Shown piece after piece: positions 61,869 through 64,000 of a stretch of DNA of 64,000 bases. The DNA is from Bacteroidia bacterium (GTDB lineage Bacteria; Bacteroidota; Bacteroidia; AKYH767-A; OLB10): assembly GCA_035340715.1 (NCBI GenBank), contig DAOQTX010000002.1:1537-65536 (forward strand), read 5' to 3'. Below the pieces are notes generated by a model that searched no databases, was not told where the DNA came from, and saw only the letters and a program-made list of their open reading frames with translations. A program made the translations under genes and the position numbers. Each line of letters opens with the position of its first letter. The stretch's first letter is position 1.

Positions 61869-62282
61869 TTATTCTTCAGCGTATTGAGCATTTATTTCTT
61901 CATCGCCAGGAAAACTTACTGAATTATCTCCACTCTTACGAACCCAATACAAATACTTTCCGGTGCCGGCACAGGCATATCCTGAAATAATTTCTTCGGG
62001 CCGCATGTTCAATCGGGTATAAGTTCTCCAACGTAAATCACTTTCTTGAACTGCTAATTTTACATCAAGTATTCTGCTGCATTCGTTTCTAAAATAAACG
62101 GTATAACTTTTCGAAGAGTTGTTGCATTGTTTGCAATCTTGGCCCCATTTTGCATCGTATTTCACAATGCAAGCAGTTACGTCCTCTGAGTTAATGGGCT
62201 TAATTTCTGCTGTAAGAGCAATCACAGAAATAAAGAAACTGATTGCTATACAAGTGCTGATGAGAAATGCTTGTCGATTCAT
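61869..62282 (-). CDS. small Cys-containing secreted protein (the track extends it to 62369)
   Basis: Signal peptide from the Met in MNRQAFLIS. Six Cys. Start lies 1 nt from the upstream stop. Confidence 0.4.
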   Translation of the reverse strand: MNRQAFLISTCIAISFFISVIALTAEIKPINSEDVTACIVKYDAKWGQDCKQCNNSSKSYTVYFRNECSRILDVKLAVQESDLRWRTYTRLNMRPEEIISGYACAGTGKYLYWVRKSGDNSVSFPGDEEINAQYAEE

Positions 62283-62283
62283 T

Positions 62284-62811
62284 TTATTTACAACGATTAT
62301 TTTTGATGATGATTGAAGCTTCTTCATTCCCAAGTTTACGTGAAGTATGCCAGTCATTGCATGCATCACTTAATTTGCCCATGCCTTTATAAGCAAAGCC
62401 CCGGTTATTGTATGCTTCCTGATTTTTTGGATCTAATTTTATGGCCATTTCAAAATCGAGAATGGCTGTTTCAAACTCTTCAATCTTATTATAGGCGCTT
62501 CCTCTTGAAACATAAGCTGCAACATGTTCCGGTTCCAATTTGATCAAATGTGTGTAATCTTCTATAGCTTCTGAGTACATACTTAACGCAGCATAGCAAA
62601 AACCTCTTTGCAATAAAGCGTTTTTGTGAACATCATTTTTAGATAAAACATCAGAGTAATATTGAGCAGCTTCTTTAAAGTTAGCATTGTTATACTCTAT
62701 CTGAGCTTTGATTATAAGCTCTTTTATTTCTTCGCTGTCTTGTGCTCGAACAAGAGTTCCAAGCAAAAGAAATGCAGTACAAAGAATTACATTTTTAATC
62801 AAACGATTCAT
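62284..62811 (-). CDS. TPR-repeat protein, secreted
   Basis: Signal peptide and three or four TPR units. Confidence 0.6.
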   Translation of the reverse strand: MNRLIKNVILCTAFLLLGTLVRAQDSEEIKELIIKAQIEYNNANFKEAAQYYSDVLSKNDVHKNALLQRGFCYAALSMYSEAIEDYTHLIKLEPEHVAAYVSRGSAYNKIEEFETAILDFEMAIKLDPKNQEAYNNRGFAYKGMGKLSDACNDWHTSRKLGNEEASIIIKNNRCK

Positions 62812-63259
62812 CGGCAGTATATTTTGAATTAGTAGTCATTTGTATAAGATGCTTTAAGGCACGCGTTAAATTATCGGCAGAAGGAGTATCCAATTTTACA
62901 TAAAAGCTGATTCTGCCATATCTTCTTCTGATTTTTTGAATATATAGTTGTCGGTCAACGCATTTATTCTTAACTCCTATACAGTTAATAATCATCATTT
63001 GTTCCGAAGCATTATAATAAATGCTATTAATGTCGATATCCTTCACATGCATTAAGTCTTCTCTATAAAGGTCTTTCCCATTTTCGTAATAGCTTGCAAC
63101 TAAATAGTTGCCTTTTAATTTTACTTCAAAACCTTTTCCGAGCTTACTGTTAATATAATCTACGGTTGCACCGCTTTTGGGAGATTGTCCAAATAATGCT
63201 AATGGAAAAAATAGCATTAAAAAGAGTAACTTTATTATGTTTTGTCGTATAAATCCCAT
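62795..63259 (-). CDS. hypothetical secreted protein
   Basis: Signal peptide. Overlaps the TPR gene start by 17 nt. Confidence 0.4.
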   Translation of the reverse strand: MGFIRQNIIKLLFLMLFFPLALFGQSPKSGATVDYINSKLGKGFEVKLKGNYLVASYYENGKDLYREDLMHVKDIDINSIYYNASEQMMIINCIGVKNKCVDRQLYIQKIRRRYGRISFYVKLDTPSADNLTRALKHLIQMTTNSKYTADESFD

Positions 63260-63337
63260 ATGAACAATAACTTTGTAAATCGGCAGATAATTGTGTCTGA
63301 TAAGATACTAATTTGTAAAGCTATACGCTACAAGAAC

Positions 63338-64000
63338 ATGAGGGGTTTCATATTTAATACATTTCTTGCATCCCAATTGCTTTTTCAAGTGATTTTTGCC
63401 CTTTTTTCTTTTGAAGGAAATGCTCAAGAGGTGAATGCGCTTACAGTCCCAATACGTTTTATGGTCAATGGTGGAAATTATGAAACATCGGGTGTTACAA
63501 TTGAGCGCAGCAATGGCTCACAAGAATATGTAAAAGGTCAAAGTAATATTACGATTCATCTTCCTTTTAACGATGAATATATTTTATCCTTCAAGAAGGA
63601 AGGATACATTACTAAAAAGATTTTTATTTCAACTAAAGTACCTAGCGATCGTTCTTCACAAGGATTTGATACTTACAATTTTGATATTGTTATTTTCCCA
63701 CAAGAAGACGATGTAAATCTTGTTGTATTCAATCAGCCGGTGGCACGAATTAATTACAATAAGAAAATTGATGATTTTGATTATGATGTTGATTATACCA
63801 AGCGAATACAATCCGCTATTCGTCAAGCAGAAGCTGAATTAGAACAAGCAGCAAAAGATCGAAAGAAGCAAGAATCAAAACAGGCTGATACTAAGAAAAA
63901 GGATAATGTAAATTCGGAGACTACTGCATCAATAGAGAACAAGCAGAGTGATCAAAGTAACGCAAAGGCAGTACTCAATACTCAAAAAGGAAGTGATGAA
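63338..64000 (+). CDS. hypothetical secreted protein, 3' end beyond the window
   Basis: ATG at 63338 and a signal peptide. Open to the window end. Lys/Glu/Gln-rich distal part. Not in the ORF track because no stop is reached. Confidence 0.45.
   Translation, partial: MRGFIFNTFLASQLLFQVIFALFSFEGNAQEVNALTVPIRFMVNGGNYETSGVTIERSNGSQEYVKGQSNITIHLPFNDEYILSFKKEGYITKKIFISTKVPSDRSSQGFDTYNFDIVIFPQEDDVNLVVFNQPVARINYNKKIDDFDYDVDYTKRIQSAIRQAEAELEQAAKDRKKQESKQADTKKKDNVNSETTASIENKQSDQSNAKAVLNTQKGSDE

Overview
AT-rich chromosomal segment that looks like a Bacteroidota genome. The evidence for this is a tRNA-Glu, repeated TAnnTTTG promoter motifs, many secreted or lipoprotein peptidases, and a fused 3-hydroxyacyl-CoA dehydrogenase/enoyl-CoA hydratase arrangement. 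No tools were available, so every call is by eye on the sequence. Coordinates follow the supplied ORF track and are corrected where the track evidently started on TTG.

Most of the window is housekeeping genes: ligA (truncated at the window edge), dapA, lpxH, gap, miaA, a CCA-adding enzyme, tsaC, dapD, ruvX, def, aroK, pyrR, upp, rpsT, tRNA-Glu, proS and lysA. There is also a complete beta-oxidation operon (fadD, fadB-like, thiolase, acyl-CoA dehydrogenase) and many peptidases (M1, M16, S9, M14, an aminopeptidase-like protein and an NlpC/P60 peptidase). I found no CRISPR array, no obvious mobile element and no recognisable defence system.

Regions I would look at again, most interesting first:
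1. 27489-35406: a tightly packed, translationally coupled ten-gene minus-strand array. It encodes a UDP-GlcNAc 2-epimerase, an orphan 437-aa protein, an AAC(3)-family acetyltransferase, a deacetylase-like protein, a FemAB/GNAT-like acyltransferase and an SDR. These run straight into upp, a small membrane protein and a YjjG-like HAD nucleotidase. It has no glycosyltransferase or flippase, so I read it as a possible nucleotide-sugar or nucleoside tailoring cassette rather than a polysaccharide locus.
2. 38848-42015: a secreted protein with an acidic segment, a Tyr/Gly/Ser-rich prion-like segment and tandem PVKGN repeats, followed 18 bp later by a FadL/PorV-like outer-membrane barrel.
3. 27319-27483: an Arc/ribbon-helix-helix ORF after the SPFH gene that is missing from the ORF track.
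4. 22347-22592: the C-terminal remnant of an isoaspartyl peptidase/L-asparaginase gene.
5. 7407-7982: a lipoprotein with two copies of a four-cysteine motif.
6. 46073-46750: a secreted MORN/YwqK-like protein sitting inside the beta-oxidation operon.
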